This document shows positions 37,250-47,512 of a stretch of 64,000 nucleotides of DNA, one piece after another. Within the stretch, counting starts at the first letter, position 1, and each line of letters begins with the position of its first letter. The translations under genes and the position numbers were made by a program. A model generated the notes under the pieces. That model made no database searches and was not told the DNA's origin. It saw only the letters and a list, made by a program, of their open reading frames with translations. Source of the stretch: Dehalococcoidia bacterium (lineage in GTDB: Bacteria; Chloroflexota; Dehalococcoidia; Plut-88900); assembly GCA_965249275.1 (NCBI GenBank), contig CBDFLQ010000007.1:960001-1024000 (forward strand). The letters are read 5' to 3'.

Positions 37250-38389
37250 ATGCCCGCCTACCTAGGACAGATAGACCCGAATGACTTCGAGCTCACGCGG
37301 GCCCCGGTACTGGATGCTTCACTACCGCCCGCGTACTTTTTCACTTCGCAGGAATTCTACGAGCGGGAAGTCGAGAGCATCTTTCTGCGAGAGTGGCTTT
37401 GTGTCGGGCGGACTGATCAACTTCAGAAGCCCGGGGATTACTTCACCATCGACTGGCCCGAGGTGCCGGTGTGCGTTGCGCTGGACCGGTCCGGCAAGAT
37501 GCACGCCTTTTCGCCCGTATGCCGTCATCGCTCAACCCTGGTAACGTCTGGGGAGGGAAATACCAGGTTCTTCCAATGCCCGTACCACGGTTGGACATAT
37601 TCGTTGTCAGGTGAGCTGGTCGGGGCTCCGGATATGGACCGGACCAAAGAATTCGACAAGTCCCTCCACTGTCTGCCATCCATCAAGGTTGCAGAATGGG
37701 AGGGTTTCCTTTTCATCAATCTAGACCCCGAGTGTGATCCGTTCGGCGAATACCTGGACAGCTTGTCTGAGTGGTTGGCTCCGTATGGCATGAAAGACAT
37801 GAAGCTGCACGACCGGCAGCAGTACGAGCTGGGCTGCAATTGGAAGATCTACGTAGACAACACCGCAGAGGAGTACCACGTTAACTATGCCCACTCTGCC
37901 TCAATAGCTCCCTACTATCCCACCCGAGCCTTTACACCTGACGACAGCCACGGGACCTGGGAGTTGTTGCTGGGGAAACAGCCGGGCGATGCACAAACGC
38001 TGTCCGGTGAGTCTGTATTGCCTGCCAATCCCAAACTTTCGGAAGAACAGGCCCGCGAGTTGGCCATCGTCATCATTTACCCCAACATGGTGCTCATCAA
38101 TAATCCGGTAGGAATGAACTATGGAATCACCCTGCCTCTCAGGCCCGACCGGTGCCGTTTGCTGATGGGCAGCTGTTTCCCGGAGTCCGCGATCAAGCAC
38201 CCGGCTTTTGAAAAGGCCGCGGTCCGACTGGAGGAGGCTCGGGAGCAGATCATGAGGGAGGACACAGCGGTATGTGAGTCCTCCCACCGGGGGTTGAAGT
38301 CGCGATTTGCGAGTCGAGGGCGATACAGCCACCGAGAGCGGCTCACGCATCGGTTGCACAACTACGTGCTCGACCGTGTGCTGGGTTGA
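37250..38389 (+). CDS. Rieske non-heme iron oxygenase alpha subunit
   Basis: CRHR...CPYHGW, NWK...EEYH...H, ED...CE. Confidence 0.92.
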   Translation: MPAYLGQIDPNDFELTRAPVLDASLPPAYFFTSQEFYEREVESIFLREWLCVGRTDQLQKPGDYFTIDWPEVPVCVALDRSGKMHAFSPVCRHRSTLVTSGEGNTRFFQCPYHGWTYSLSGELVGAPDMDRTKEFDKSLHCLPSIKVAEWEGFLFINLDPECDPFGEYLDSLSEWLAPYGMKDMKLHDRQQYELGCNWKIYVDNTAEEYHVNYAHSASIAPYYPTRAFTPDDSHGTWELLLGKQPGDAQTLSGESVLPANPKLSEEQARELAIVIIYPNMVLINNPVGMNYGITLPLRPDRCRLLMGSCFPESAIKHPAFEKAAVRLEEAREQIMREDTAVCESSHRGLKSRFASRGRYSHRERLTHRLHNYVLDRVLG

Positions 38390-38452
38390 ACGAGTTGCGG
38401 CCGGCTAGGCCAACTGACCGATTCTCGTTTTCAGGAGTCTAGCAAGGCCCTC

Positions 38453-39454
38453 TTACGTCACCTTGCTCAGCACCTCTTCCCAAACCCGTTGCAGGTATTC
38501 CTTCCGGCCTAAGATATCAGGCGGGAGGTTTAGGAACGTGAAGGCCATGTAGCCTGACCGGGACTTGTCTCGATGCTCGGCGATCTGCTCTGCACACTGT
38601 TCGGCGTTGCCGACTATGGCCCACTCTTCGAGGTTGCGCAGCTTGTCCAAGCCGAGGTCTACGGCGGTGCGTTCCTGCATTCCCCAACCTCCGTAGACCG
38701 CCGCCGTTGCCTCCGCTGTTTCTTTCGCAGATCTGATGGCCGACTCACGGTCTGAGGCGAAGCTGATACAACGGTGAGCGGCATAGAACCCCTCGCCCGA
38801 GTTCTCTAGCTTATCGAGCTCCTCCCAGTATATGGTGGCGAGGGACTCGTGGTCGGCCCAGCTGACGTAGGGGCCGACCAGACAGGCGTCGGCGATGCGG
38901 GCTGCTCTGCTCGCGGCTCGGCGGCCCTGGCACGCCAGCCAGATGGGCGGGCGCGGTGAATGCACGGGCCTAATGCCCATTTGAGCAGCCGTCGCCCTGA
39001 AATAGCGCCCGCGATACGTGACCTCTTCCCCCGCCCACAGTATCTTCATCAGTTCGATGGACTCTTCGAGCCTACCCACTCTCTCTGAGCGGTTAGAGCC
39101 GACTATCTCAAGCTCCTTCTCTCGGTACCCGAGCCCCAGGCCTAGGATGAACCGCCCGTTGGAAATCTGGTCCAACGCTATGGTCTGTTCCGCGATGTCG
39201 ACGGGGTTGTGGAGGGGCATAAGGAGCACGCCGGTTATCAGTCTGATCCTGGACCCGGCGGCAGCCAGCCGGCCCAGCAGAGGCATGGGAGAGACCCACC
39301 TGGTCGGGTGGGAGACCCAATGCTCGGGGGCGTAGGCTCCCCAGAAGCCCAGCTCCTCGCCAAGGGTCACCAGCTCGGCGGTCTCTTCGATCTGGTCGTG
39401 CATAGGCCGGTTGGGGTCGGCCATGAAGTTTCTGAGGTTTAAGCCAAATTCCAT
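38453..39454 (-). CDS. LLM-class flavin-dependent oxidoreductase
   Basis: PEHW, LHNPVDIAEQ..LDQISNGRFILGLGLGYR, PPIWLA. Confidence 0.9.
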   Translation of the reverse strand: MEFGLNLRNFMADPNRPMHDQIEETAELVTLGEELGFWGAYAPEHWVSHPTRWVSPMPLLGRLAAAGSRIRLITGVLLMPLHNPVDIAEQTIALDQISNGRFILGLGLGYREKELEIVGSNRSERVGRLEESIELMKILWAGEEVTYRGRYFRATAAQMGIRPVHSPRPPIWLACQGRRAASRAARIADACLVGPYVSWADHESLATIYWEELDKLENSGEGFYAAHRCISFASDRESAIRSAKETAEATAAVYGGWGMQERTAVDLGLDKLRNLEEWAIVGNAEQCAEQIAEHRDKSRSGYMAFTFLNLPPDILGRKEYLQRVWEEVLSKVT

Positions 39455-39571
39455 GTCGTTTCTCCCGTGCAAGAGAGCTTTGGATAACTCCTATCGTGGG
39501 ACTGTTTTGAGGATTCCGAGCATATTTCCAATCCCGAATACTCGCCCCTGGATTCCCGTTTTCACGGGAAT

Positions 39572-40627
39572 TGTAAGTGTTAGGTAATTCGTTGACAGAT
39601 TGGTATAAGAGGCCAACACCAATCTGGAGGCGAGAATGCGAGACAATAGCAAGGACCTCACCCTTGAACGGAACTACATTCAGAAGTGGCGGTTCCTCAT
39701 CCATGAGTATCAACTGGTCAAGGCAGGGAAGCATCCCCGTTTCCGCTTCGCCCAGGACTTCTACTCCTTCCACGGCACCAGCCGTCAGACCTTTGCCAAG
39801 TACTACAACCGATTCCTCCTCTCCCCCTCCGACAACGCCTTCCTCCCCCGTAAGCGGGGTCCCGGGTGGAAGTCCCGCCGCACCCTGCCCTACATTGAGC
39901 AGAAGGTCATCAACGAGCGCCTTAACGGTACCAACCGTTACGAGATCTATGCCATACTCAAACCCATCCTTAAACACAACACCCCTAAGCCCTCCACCAT
40001 CTACGCCATCACCAGACGCCACGGTTTCAATAGGCTCACAAAGCCGATGCAGCAGTCGAAGCGCAAGATCATCAAGACCCGGGCAGGAGAGCTGGGCCAC
40101 CTGGACAGCCACTACCTCAGCCGGGATACCATCGTGGGCACCAAGCACCGCTACTACCTGGTGGGCCTCATCGACGCCTACACCCGTCTGGCCTGGGCCG
40201 AAGTGGTCGGAGACATCAAGAGTCTCTCCGTTATGTTTGCTGTATTGAAGTCCATCAACTTCCTCAATGCGGAGTACGGCATCCAATTCGAGGCTATCCT
40301 CACCGACAACGGCCCCGAGATGGCCTCCCCAAGGAACACCGAGGGCCACCCCATGGAACGGATGCTCAAGGAACTGGGCATAAAGCACCGCTACACCCGC
40401 CCTTATAGGCCCCAGACCAACGGGAAGATAGAGCGGTTCTGGAGAACCTTGAACGAGGACCTGCTGGAGGGGACAACCTTCGAATCGGTCTCGGAACTGA
40501 AGGACGAGCTTCAGCAATACCTGATCTACTACAATACTCAGAGACCCCACCAGGCAATGGACGGAAAGACCCCTTTGCAAACCCTTAAATCTCTCTAATT
40601 CTGTCAACGAATTACCTGACATCTACA
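39572..40627 (+). mobile_element. IS481-family insertion sequence (1056 bp)
   Basis: TGT...ACA ends; 28-bp TIRs TGTAAGTGTTAGGTAATTCGTTGACAGA / TGTAGATGTCAGGTAATTCGTTGACAGA; 5-bp TSD GGAAT. Confidence 0.92.
39636..40598 (+). CDS. IS481-family DDE transposase
   Basis: GELGHLD, IDAYTR, LTDNGPE, PYRPQTNGKIERFWRTL, YNTQRPHQ. Confidence 0.93.
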   Translation: MRDNSKDLTLERNYIQKWRFLIHEYQLVKAGKHPRFRFAQDFYSFHGTSRQTFAKYYNRFLLSPSDNAFLPRKRGPGWKSRRTLPYIEQKVINERLNGTNRYEIYAILKPILKHNTPKPSTIYAITRRHGFNRLTKPMQQSKRKIIKTRAGELGHLDSHYLSRDTIVGTKHRYYLVGLIDAYTRLAWAEVVGDIKSLSVMFAVLKSINFLNAEYGIQFEAILTDNGPEMASPRNTEGHPMERMLKELGIKHRYTRPYRPQTNGKIERFWRTLNEDLLEGTTFESVSELKDELQQYLIYYNTQRPHQAMDGKTPLQTLKSL

Positions 40628-40665
40628 GGAATGACGGTTATGCAAAGTCCCTGTCTCAGCAACGT

Positions 40666-41283
40666 TTATTTCAGGAATGGGTTCCACTGGGCCTCCGCTC
40701 CGACGCTCGAGTGGGGCCCGTGGCCGGGAAGGACCACTGTGTCCGGAGGGAGGGTCAGCAACTTGGTCTTTATGCTCTCGATCAGCTGCTCCCAGTTGCC
40801 GCCTTCGAAGTCGGTGCGACCGACGCTGCCTCTGAACAGGGTGTCACCGGTGAAGACCAAGCCATGACCGTAGTACGAAATCCCCCCAGGCGTGTGTCCG
40901 TGAGTCTCGATTACCGAAAAGGAGAGGTCTCCAATCTCGACTGAGTCGCCTTCTTTGAGATAGAGGTCGGGTTCAGGGGGGTTGCGGAAGCCGGGGATTA
41001 TGGAAGCGGAATCGGGTGGCTTTTCGAGCATGTAGGCGTCATTTTCGTGGATGGCGAAGAGAGCGTTGGTGGCGTCCACCATGTCGGCCACGGCGCCGAT
41101 GTGGTCCTCGTGGCCGTGGGTGGTGAGCAAGTATTTAACCTTCAGCCCCGAGTCCTCCACGGCACTAATAATCGAACGCCACTCAGCGCCCGCGTCTACG
41201 ATTGCGGCTTCCTGGGTCTCGTCCGACCCGATTATGTAGGTGTTCTCCTGGTATGGCCCGACCACCACGACTCTAAGGATCAT
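40666..41283 (-). CDS. MBL-fold metallo-hydrolase (glyoxalase II-like)
   Basis: THGHEDH, HGHTPGG, GDTLF..SVGRTD, PGHG. Confidence 0.92.
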   Translation of the reverse strand: MILRVVVVGPYQENTYIIGSDETQEAAIVDAGAEWRSIISAVEDSGLKVKYLLTTHGHEDHIGAVADMVDATNALFAIHENDAYMLEKPPDSASIIPGFRNPPEPDLYLKEGDSVEIGDLSFSVIETHGHTPGGISYYGHGLVFTGDTLFRGSVGRTDFEGGNWEQLIESIKTKLLTLPPDTVVLPGHGPHSSVGAEAQWNPFLK

Positions 41284-41541
41284 TGCTTAAGGCGGCTCCT
41301 TTGTGCGGGATTGGGGGTCAATCTAACTGGTGGGTCGGGGGGTAGTCAACAGTTACTATAAACCATGATATCCATCACGTTGCGGAGGACTGCTTCAGCT
41401 CAGTTTCGCAACAAAACAATAGACTAGCGGCGTTGTCAGCGCTCAGTACTACACTAAAGCTGAATGGATTTTGAGATCTCGCTGGAACCCACGACCTGTC
41501 TTATATACCAGAGCCTTGGCATGTTAGATAATTAGTGGAAA

Positions 41542-41879
41542 ATGAAACTGCCGAATGTTCAAAATGCACTTGTTGATAAGAGTAAGAGCAAAGATTATTT
41601 GCTATCAAGATCTCATCAAAGGGGTAGGAGCAAGTCATTTTCTTTCTACGCCATGGTTTCAGTCCCGATTCATGGCAGGTCTTCGCTGAGGCATTGAGAT
41701 TACACGCTCGAAATCATGACCTTGCTGAAAAGATTGAAACGCCCTACGGCCTGCGCTACTATGTTGACGGTATTCTTCAAACTCCTGACGGAGCGAACTC
41801 ACGAATCAGAACCGTCTGGCAATTCGATCATACAAGGGATTATCCTAGACTGATCACAGCGTATCCGCTAAGGCGATAA
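41542..41879 (+). pseudogene. DUF6883-like protein, frameshifted
   Basis: MKLPN...KDYLLSRSHQRGRSKS in one frame and RHGFS...TPYGLRYYVDG..TPDG..RTVW...PRLITAYP in another; shift near the T-run at 41638-41646. Confidence 0.7.
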
Positions 41880-41883
41880 GCCA

Positions 41884-42126
41884 TTGTTTAGAGAGCATGA
41901 ACATATAGTGTTGACCTCGGATATCCGCGGCGACCATGGCGAGCGGCTAAAGCCAGGAGATGTGGGCGCAGTAGTACACGTTCATCCTGGCGCAGAAGCC
42001 TATGTAGTGGAGTTCATGGCCTTGGACAACCATACTGTAGCGATGGCCACTGTTCTTCCGTCTCAAGCCCGAGCCGTCACGAGCAGGGACCTTATCCACG
42101 CCCGAGACGTGGAATTTGCCGTTTAG
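41884..42126 (+). CDS. DUF4926 domain protein
   Basis: EHEHIVLTSDI..LKPGDVGAVVHV...AYVVEF...TVAMATV. Confidence 0.75.
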   Translation: MFREHEHIVLTSDIRGDHGERLKPGDVGAVVHVHPGAEAYVVEFMALDNHTVAMATVLPSQARAVTSRDLIHARDVEFAV

Positions 42127-42234
42127 GGGCTTCTTCCCTTCTCCACTGAAGTAATCCTGAAGTTCTGCCAAGAGTCCCATAGAGGTCATTCGCGCCTTTT
42201 GCGAGCCGCATAATGGGTGACATATCACCGCCTA

Positions 42235-42279
42235 TTGTGCGGCTTTTCACTTGCGTCACCCCTGCCCCTATGCTATATT
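42235..42279 (+). promoter_or_regulatory. nuo promoter with overlapping Rex-like operator
   Basis: TTGCGT-17-TATATT with extended TG; TTGTGCGGCTTTTCACTT resembles TTGTGA-N6-TCACAA. Confidence 0.5.
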
Positions 42280-42307
42280 CAGGCCAACTTTTCCGGGGAG
42301 GCTTTGG

Positions 42308-42679
42308 GTGCTGGCCGACTACGGCTATATAGGTCTCTTCCTTCTTCTAGCAACCTTTATTCCAATCTCGATGATCCTGTTACCTTGGGCATTGTCCCTG
42401 GTCAGGATCAGACCTCGCAACCCAACTCCCGTAAAGCTCGAGACCTATGAGTCGGGGATGCGGACGGTCGGGGGATCCTGGATCCGGTTCAACTTCCGTT
42501 ACTACTTCATCGCTCTTCTCTTCGTCATATTCGACGTGGAGGTTATCTTTCTATTCCCCTGGGCTGTCCACCTTGACCAGCTGAAGGTATTCGGACTCAT
42601 AGAGATGGGAATTTTCATCGTTATCCTGCTTATCGGCTACGCCTACGCATGGCGGAAGAAAGCCCTGGAGTGGAGCTAA
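42308..42679 (+). CDS. nuoA: Complex I subunit A
   Basis: [24 protein letters not shown]. Confidence 0.95.
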   Translation: MLADYGYIGLFLLLATFIPISMILLPWALSLVRIRPRNPTPVKLETYESGMRTVGGSWIRFNFRYYFIALLFVIFDVEVIFLFPWAVHLDQLKVFGLIEMGIFIVILLIGYAYAWRKKALEWS

Positions 42680-42683
42680 AGTC

Positions 42684-43298
42684 ATGAAAGGTAACAAGGG
42701 GAATCTTCCCATTCTAGGCACCTCAATCGACGTTCAGGCCCTTGACCTTGCTGAAGGCGAAGAGGTCAACGCCCTCAAGGCGGCGTCTCAGTTCCCCAAC
42801 CCGGACCCGGTGATTGAGGTGCCGGCCGACCTTAAGCGCAGCATCCTGGTCACGAGCGTCGACTACATACTAAACTGGGGTCGGCGAAATGCCGTCTGGC
42901 CTCTCACTTTTGGGCTTGCGTGCTGCTCTTTCGAAATGATTGGTGCGGCCATGTCTCGTTACGATATCGCACGCTTCGGCGCCGAAGTATTTCGCGCCAC
43001 CCCCCGCCAGGCCGACCTCATGATCGTCGCAGGCACCCTCACGTGGAAGATGGCCGTACCCGTGAAGCGCATATACGAGCAGATGGCCGATCCCAAGTGG
43101 GTTATCTCAATGGGAGTGTGCGCCACCTCGGGCGGGCCCTACTACGAGTCCTACTCGGTGGTCCCAGGGGTCAACCGCATTGTCCCTGTGGACGTCTACG
43201 TACCCGGCTGTCCACCCCGCCCGGACGCCCTCCTGTATGGCCTGATGCAGCTTCAGGAAAAGATCAAGAAATACAGCATAGTTAAGGCGAAGAGCTAA
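42684..43298 (+). CDS. nuoB: Complex I subunit B
   Basis: [26 protein letters not shown]. Confidence 0.96.
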   Translation: MKGNKGNLPILGTSIDVQALDLAEGEEVNALKAASQFPNPDPVIEVPADLKRSILVTSVDYILNWGRRNAVWPLTFGLACCSFEMIGAAMSRYDIARFGAEVFRATPRQADLMIVAGTLTWKMAVPVKRIYEQMADPKWVISMGVCATSGGPYYESYSVVPGVNRIVPVDVYVPGCPPRPDALLYGLMQLQEKIKKYSIVKAKS

Positions 43299-43304
43299 CC
43301 TACA

Positions 43305-43751
43305 GTGACCACCGAGCTTAACGCCCAAGACCTCGCCCGGAGTATTCAGGACCGTTTCCCCGGCTCGGTGGTGGAAGCCGGAGGCAATGCCCTGGTTGTA
43401 ACCACCGACACCCTCGCCAAGGTGGCCCGTCACTGCTTTGAGGACCCCGATCTGGCTTTCGACTTCCTTGTTGGTGTTACGGGGGTGGACTACATAGACC
43501 ACTTCGAAGTCGTGTACCATCTCTTATCGATCAAGCATAATCACTCGGTTGTCCTGAAGACTCGGGCCTTTACCAGGGAGTCACCGTCCGTGCCTTCGGT
43601 GACCGACATCTGGCACGGCGCCCTGCTCCAGGAGCGGGAAGTTTACGACCTGATGGGCATCGCTTTCGAAGGACATCCCGATCTGAAACGTATAATGCTG
43701 TGGGAGGGCTTCCCGGGCCATCCTCACCGCAAGGACTTTACCAACGCATAG
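43305..43751 (+). CDS. nuoC: Complex I subunit C
   Basis: EREVYDLMGI.FEGHPDL.RI, GHPHRKDF. Confidence 0.95.
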   Translation: MTTELNAQDLARSIQDRFPGSVVEAGGNALVVTTDTLAKVARHCFEDPDLAFDFLVGVTGVDYIDHFEVVYHLLSIKHNHSVVLKTRAFTRESPSVPSVTDIWHGALLQEREVYDLMGIAFEGHPDLKRIMLWEGFPGHPHRKDFTNA

Positions 43752-43809
43752 CCGCAATATTTCTGTTGGCGGTGACGGTTCCAACCACCATGAATGAATC
43801 GAGGACACG

Positions 43810-44913
43810 GTGACCCTTAAGACCGAAGAGGTGATGGTCAACATCGGGCCTCAGCATCCGAGCACCCACGGTGTGTTCAGGATGCGGGTCACCTTCGACG
43901 GCGAGGTAGTTACCGATCTGGAGCCCGTATTCGGATACCTGCACCGCGGAACCGAGAAGCTGGCCGAGGAGCGGACCTACACCCAGATAATCACCCTCAC
44001 CGACAGGCTGGACTACCTGGCCTCCATGTCCAACAACCTCGCCTACGTTCTCGCAGCGGAGAAGTTGGCGGGCATCGAGCCTCCCGAAAGGGCGATGTAC
44101 ATCCGGGTCATCATGGCAGAGCTGATGCGTATCGCGAGCCATTGCATGGCCCTCGGTTTCTTCATCAACGACCTCGGGGCTCTTGCTACTCCGCTTATGT
44201 ACATGTTCAGAGAGCGAGAGAAGATCCTGGACCTCTTTGAGATGGTATGCGGGGCACGGATCACCTACTCTTACATGCGAATCGGCGGGGTTAGCGGGGA
44301 CCTCCCACCGGAGTTCACGCCCGCGCTGACGAAGTTCATCAACGAGATGCCGGGATATATCGACGAGTACGAGGCCCTTTTGCGGGAGAACGAGATTATC
44401 GTCTCCCGCACCAAGGACATAGCCATCCTCCCGCCGGAACTGGCAATCAACTCTTCGATCTCGGGGCCGATGCTGCGGGCCTCGGGGGTGGACTGGGACC
44501 TCCGAAAATCCGATCCGTATGAAGTCTACGACCGTTTCGACTTCGAGGTGCCCCTAGGCGCCACCGGAGACACCTACGACCGCTTCCTGGTCCGGTTGGA
44601 GGAGATGCGGGAGAGCGTACGTATAGTCAAGCAGGCGATGGAGCAGATACCCGGGGGCCGGTTCCGGGCAACGGCCCCGGCCCTGATCAGACCTCCAGTC
44701 GGCGAAGCCTACGCCCACGTGGAAGCCCCCAAGGGTGAACTCGGGTTTTACCTCGTGAGCGACGGTGCAATCTCCCCATACCGCTGCAAGATCAGGGCCC
44801 CATCTTTCATTAACCTGACCGTCCTCCGAGAACTATCCATCGGCTGGAAGCTAGCCGACCTCATCGTCATCCTTGGCAGCATAGACATCAACATGGGCGA
44901 GGTGGACCGCTAG
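43810..44913 (+). CDS. nuoD: Complex I subunit D
   Basis: [35 protein letters not shown]. Confidence 0.97.
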   Translation: MTLKTEEVMVNIGPQHPSTHGVFRMRVTFDGEVVTDLEPVFGYLHRGTEKLAEERTYTQIITLTDRLDYLASMSNNLAYVLAAEKLAGIEPPERAMYIRVIMAELMRIASHCMALGFFINDLGALATPLMYMFREREKILDLFEMVCGARITYSYMRIGGVSGDLPPEFTPALTKFINEMPGYIDEYEALLRENEIIVSRTKDIAILPPELAINSSISGPMLRASGVDWDLRKSDPYEVYDRFDFEVPLGATGDTYDRFLVRLEEMRESVRIVKQAMEQIPGGRFRATAPALIRPPVGEAYAHVEAPKGELGFYLVSDGAISPYRCKIRAPSFINLTVLRELSIGWKLADLIVILGSIDINMGEVDR

Positions 44914-46121
44914 TGGACTGGTTCTACGAGTTCTGGAGAGAGCTGGGCGAAGTAATTCGCGGGTGGATCGAGGCCGTCGTGCCCGACGCCGCGGAGGGCT
45001 GGGTCACCTACCTGGTGCTCGGGCTGCTCAGCATACTGGTGCTCGTCAACATTCCGATGGTGCTTGTCCCCATTCTCATCTATCTGGAGAGGCGCCTACT
45101 TGGCAGGTTCCAAAACCGAGTCGGGCCCAACCGAGTCGGGCCCTTCGGCGTTCTCCAGCCCATAGCCGACGCCATAAAGATTATGACCAAGGAGGACATC
45201 ATCCCCACAGGCGCGGACAAGCTGGTATTCACCCTCGCGCCCGTGGCCGTGATGGTCCCTGCCCTGCTCATGTTCACCGTAATACCGTTCGGCGGGGAGA
45301 CCTATCTCACCAATCTGAATGTCGGCATTCTCTTTATAGTCGCCGTAACGGCCATGGAAACCATAGGGGTCTTCATGGCCGGGTGGGCATCGAACAACAA
45401 ATACGCTCTGTTTGGAGCGATGAGGGCTGTTGCCCAACTGGTCAGCTACGAAATTCCGCTGGTCATCTCCGTCATGGGGGTCGTGCTCATCGCCGGCTCA
45501 ATGGCGCTAAACGACATCGTTGGAGTCCAGAGCAGTTGGCCGCTCATTCTGTTCCAACCGCTGGGATTCATCATCTTCTTCATGGCGGTATCCGCGGAGC
45601 TCAACCGCTCGCCGTTCGACCTGATGGAGGCCGAGTCGGAAATCATAGCGGGGATTCACACCGAGTACAGTGGCGTGAAGTTCGTCATGTTCCTGACTGC
45701 AGAGGGCATCTCCCTTGTCGGTTACTCCGCTGTGATGGCCACGTTATACCTGAGCGGCTGGGAGGGGCCGGGTCTGCCGGGGTACCTCTGGCTGCTGGTC
45801 AAGATATTCTTCATATTCGGCATCTTCGTATGGACTCGGGCCACGCTGCCGAGACTCCGAGTAGACCAGGTTATGACCTTCGCATGGAAGTTCCTGTTCC
45901 CACTCGCCCTGCTTAACGCGGCCATTACTGCGGTGCAGGTGGTCGTCTGGTCGGACGGTCTGCCCCCGTGGCTAATACCGGTGAACATTGTCATTGCGAT
46001 AGGCCTGGTCGCAATGCTGCACAAGCTCATCGGCTTCCAAGGCCAGACTCGCCAGGTAGTGTCCGGAGGCTCCGAACGGCTCGCAGCCCTGTCCAGGCCT
46101 GTAGCCGGAGGTAGTGAATAA
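44913..46121 (+). CDS. nuoH: Complex I subunit H
   Basis: ERR, GPNRVGPFG.LQPIAD, NRSPFDL.EAESE, PRLRVDQ. Confidence 0.96.
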   Translation: MDWFYEFWRELGEVIRGWIEAVVPDAAEGWVTYLVLGLLSILVLVNIPMVLVPILIYLERRLLGRFQNRVGPNRVGPFGVLQPIADAIKIMTKEDIIPTGADKLVFTLAPVAVMVPALLMFTVIPFGGETYLTNLNVGILFIVAVTAMETIGVFMAGWASNNKYALFGAMRAVAQLVSYEIPLVISVMGVVLIAGSMALNDIVGVQSSWPLILFQPLGFIIFFMAVSAELNRSPFDLMEAESEIIAGIHTEYSGVKFVMFLTAEGISLVGYSAVMATLYLSGWEGPGLPGYLWLLVKIFFIFGIFVWTRATLPRLRVDQVMTFAWKFLFPLALLNAAITAVQVVVWSDGLPPWLIPVNIVIAIGLVAMLHKLIGFQGQTRQVVSGGSERLAALSRPVAGGSE

Positions 46122-46678
46122 TGTACGGCTTGGGAATTGCAAAAGGGATGATCGTTACCTTCAAGCACCTCTTCAGGAAGCCCTTCACCGTCCAGTACCC
46201 CGAAGAGATGGTCACGCGCGGCACCCGGTTCCGCGGATACGAGTTCACCTGGTACGAAGACCGCTGCACAGGCTGCGCTTCTTGTGCCAAATACTGCCCA
46301 TTGGGCACCATCAAGATAGTGACTCACCCCGAGGGTGATCGGAAGCAGGGTCTGGACTACGCTATAGACGTTTTCGACATAGACACCGGCCGCTGCATGT
46401 TTTGCGGGTTATGCGTCGAGGCGTGCCCCTACGACGCCCTGTTCATGGGCTCGGGGTTCGAGCAGGCCGTCTACACCCGCACCGACATGGTAGTCCACGT
46501 GGACGACCTACGAGACCGGGACAAAAGGCCCAGCGCTTTCTTACGTCCCAACCTGGACGGCACGCGGTATCTGCCAGAGTATTCTCTCCCTTCCGACGGC
46601 GCAGGGCGCCCCTGGAAGGGCCGCTGGGCCGACGACGGCGAGCCTATACCCCAATCCCCCGAAAGCGGAGAGAGATAG
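46121..46678 (+). CDS. nuoI: Complex I subunit I
   Basis: TVQYPE; two CxxCxxCxxxCP motifs. Confidence 0.95.
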   Translation: MYGLGIAKGMIVTFKHLFRKPFTVQYPEEMVTRGTRFRGYEFTWYEDRCTGCASCAKYCPLGTIKIVTHPEGDRKQGLDYAIDVFDIDTGRCMFCGLCVEACPYDALFMGSGFEQAVYTRTDMVVHVDDLRDRDKRPSAFLRPNLDGTRYLPEYSLPSDGAGRPWKGRWADDGEPIPQSPESGER

Positions 46679-46690
46679 AGCAGCCAGCGC

Positions 46691-47197
46691 ATGGAAGTCG
46701 GCATAGCCATAGCCTTCTGGATTCTCGCCTCCCTTGCGGTGATTTCCTCTGCAGCGGTGGTCCTTCTGCGGGATATCTTCCGTGCGTCCCTATTCCTGAT
46801 TTTGTCCTTCCTGGCAGTTGCAGGCATATACATAATCCTGCAGGCCGATTTCTTGGCCGTTGCCCAAGTCCTGATATATGTCGGTGCGATATCGGTACTT
46901 CTGATATTCGCCATCATGCTGACCAGAGACACACAGCAGGGGAATCCATCCAACCGGCTCTCGGCGCCCGGGGCTTTTCTAGCCGGAGTTATCTTCTCAG
47001 CCATCATCGTCGCCATCTTCACAACCGACTGGCCTTTATCGTCGGAGACCCCGCCCGAGTCGACTACCAATCTCCTTGCCGACGCCCTGTTCAACCGCTT
47101 CGTCCTCCCCTTCGAGGTCGCTTCCGTTTTGCTATTGGCCGCCATGATCGGTGCGATAGTCATCGCCCGACCGAAAGAGGCCGACGGCAATGATTAA
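46691..47197 (+). CDS. nuoJ: Complex I subunit J
   Basis: QVLIYVGAI.VL..FAIML, PFEVAS.LLL. Confidence 0.95.
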   Translation: MEVGIAIAFWILASLAVISSAAVVLLRDIFRASLFLILSFLAVAGIYIILQADFLAVAQVLIYVGAISVLLIFAIMLTRDTQQGNPSNRLSAPGAFLAGVIFSAIIVAIFTTDWPLSSETPPESTTNLLADALFNRFVLPFEVASVLLLAAMIGAIVIARPKEADGND

Positions 47198-47498
47198 CCT
47201 TGAACACTTCCTGGTCCTGTCGGCGATCATGTTCTGTATCGGTCTTTGGGGGGCACTGTCCAAGAGGAACATAGTCGCGATCCTGATGTGCATCGAGATT
47301 ATGTTCAATGGGGTGAACATCGCCTTCATAGCTTTCTCGCGATACAATTCCCCGACGTTATTGACGGGCCACGTGTTCGCAATCTTCGTTATTGCCATCG
47401 CTGCCGCCGAGGTGTCGCTCGGGCTGGCCATCGTCATTGCCGTATTCCGAAGCCGCCAGACCGTTGAGGTCGGCGAGGTAGGGATACTGAAAGGCTAG
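47190..47498 (+). CDS. nuoK: Complex I subunit K
   Basis: LMCIEIMFN, AAAEVSLGLA. Confidence 0.95.
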   Translation: MINLEHFLVLSAIMFCIGLWGALSKRNIVAILMCIEIMFNGVNIAFIAFSRYNSPTLLTGHVFAIFVIAIAAAEVSLGLAIVIAVFRSRQTVEVGEVGILKG

Positions 47499-47512
47499 GC
47501 TCCACTACACTT

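Noticed and set aside
39108-40622. 504-aa minus-strand ORF across the IS
   Set aside because: Antisense shadow of the transposase that runs past the IS boundary; no recognisable motifs
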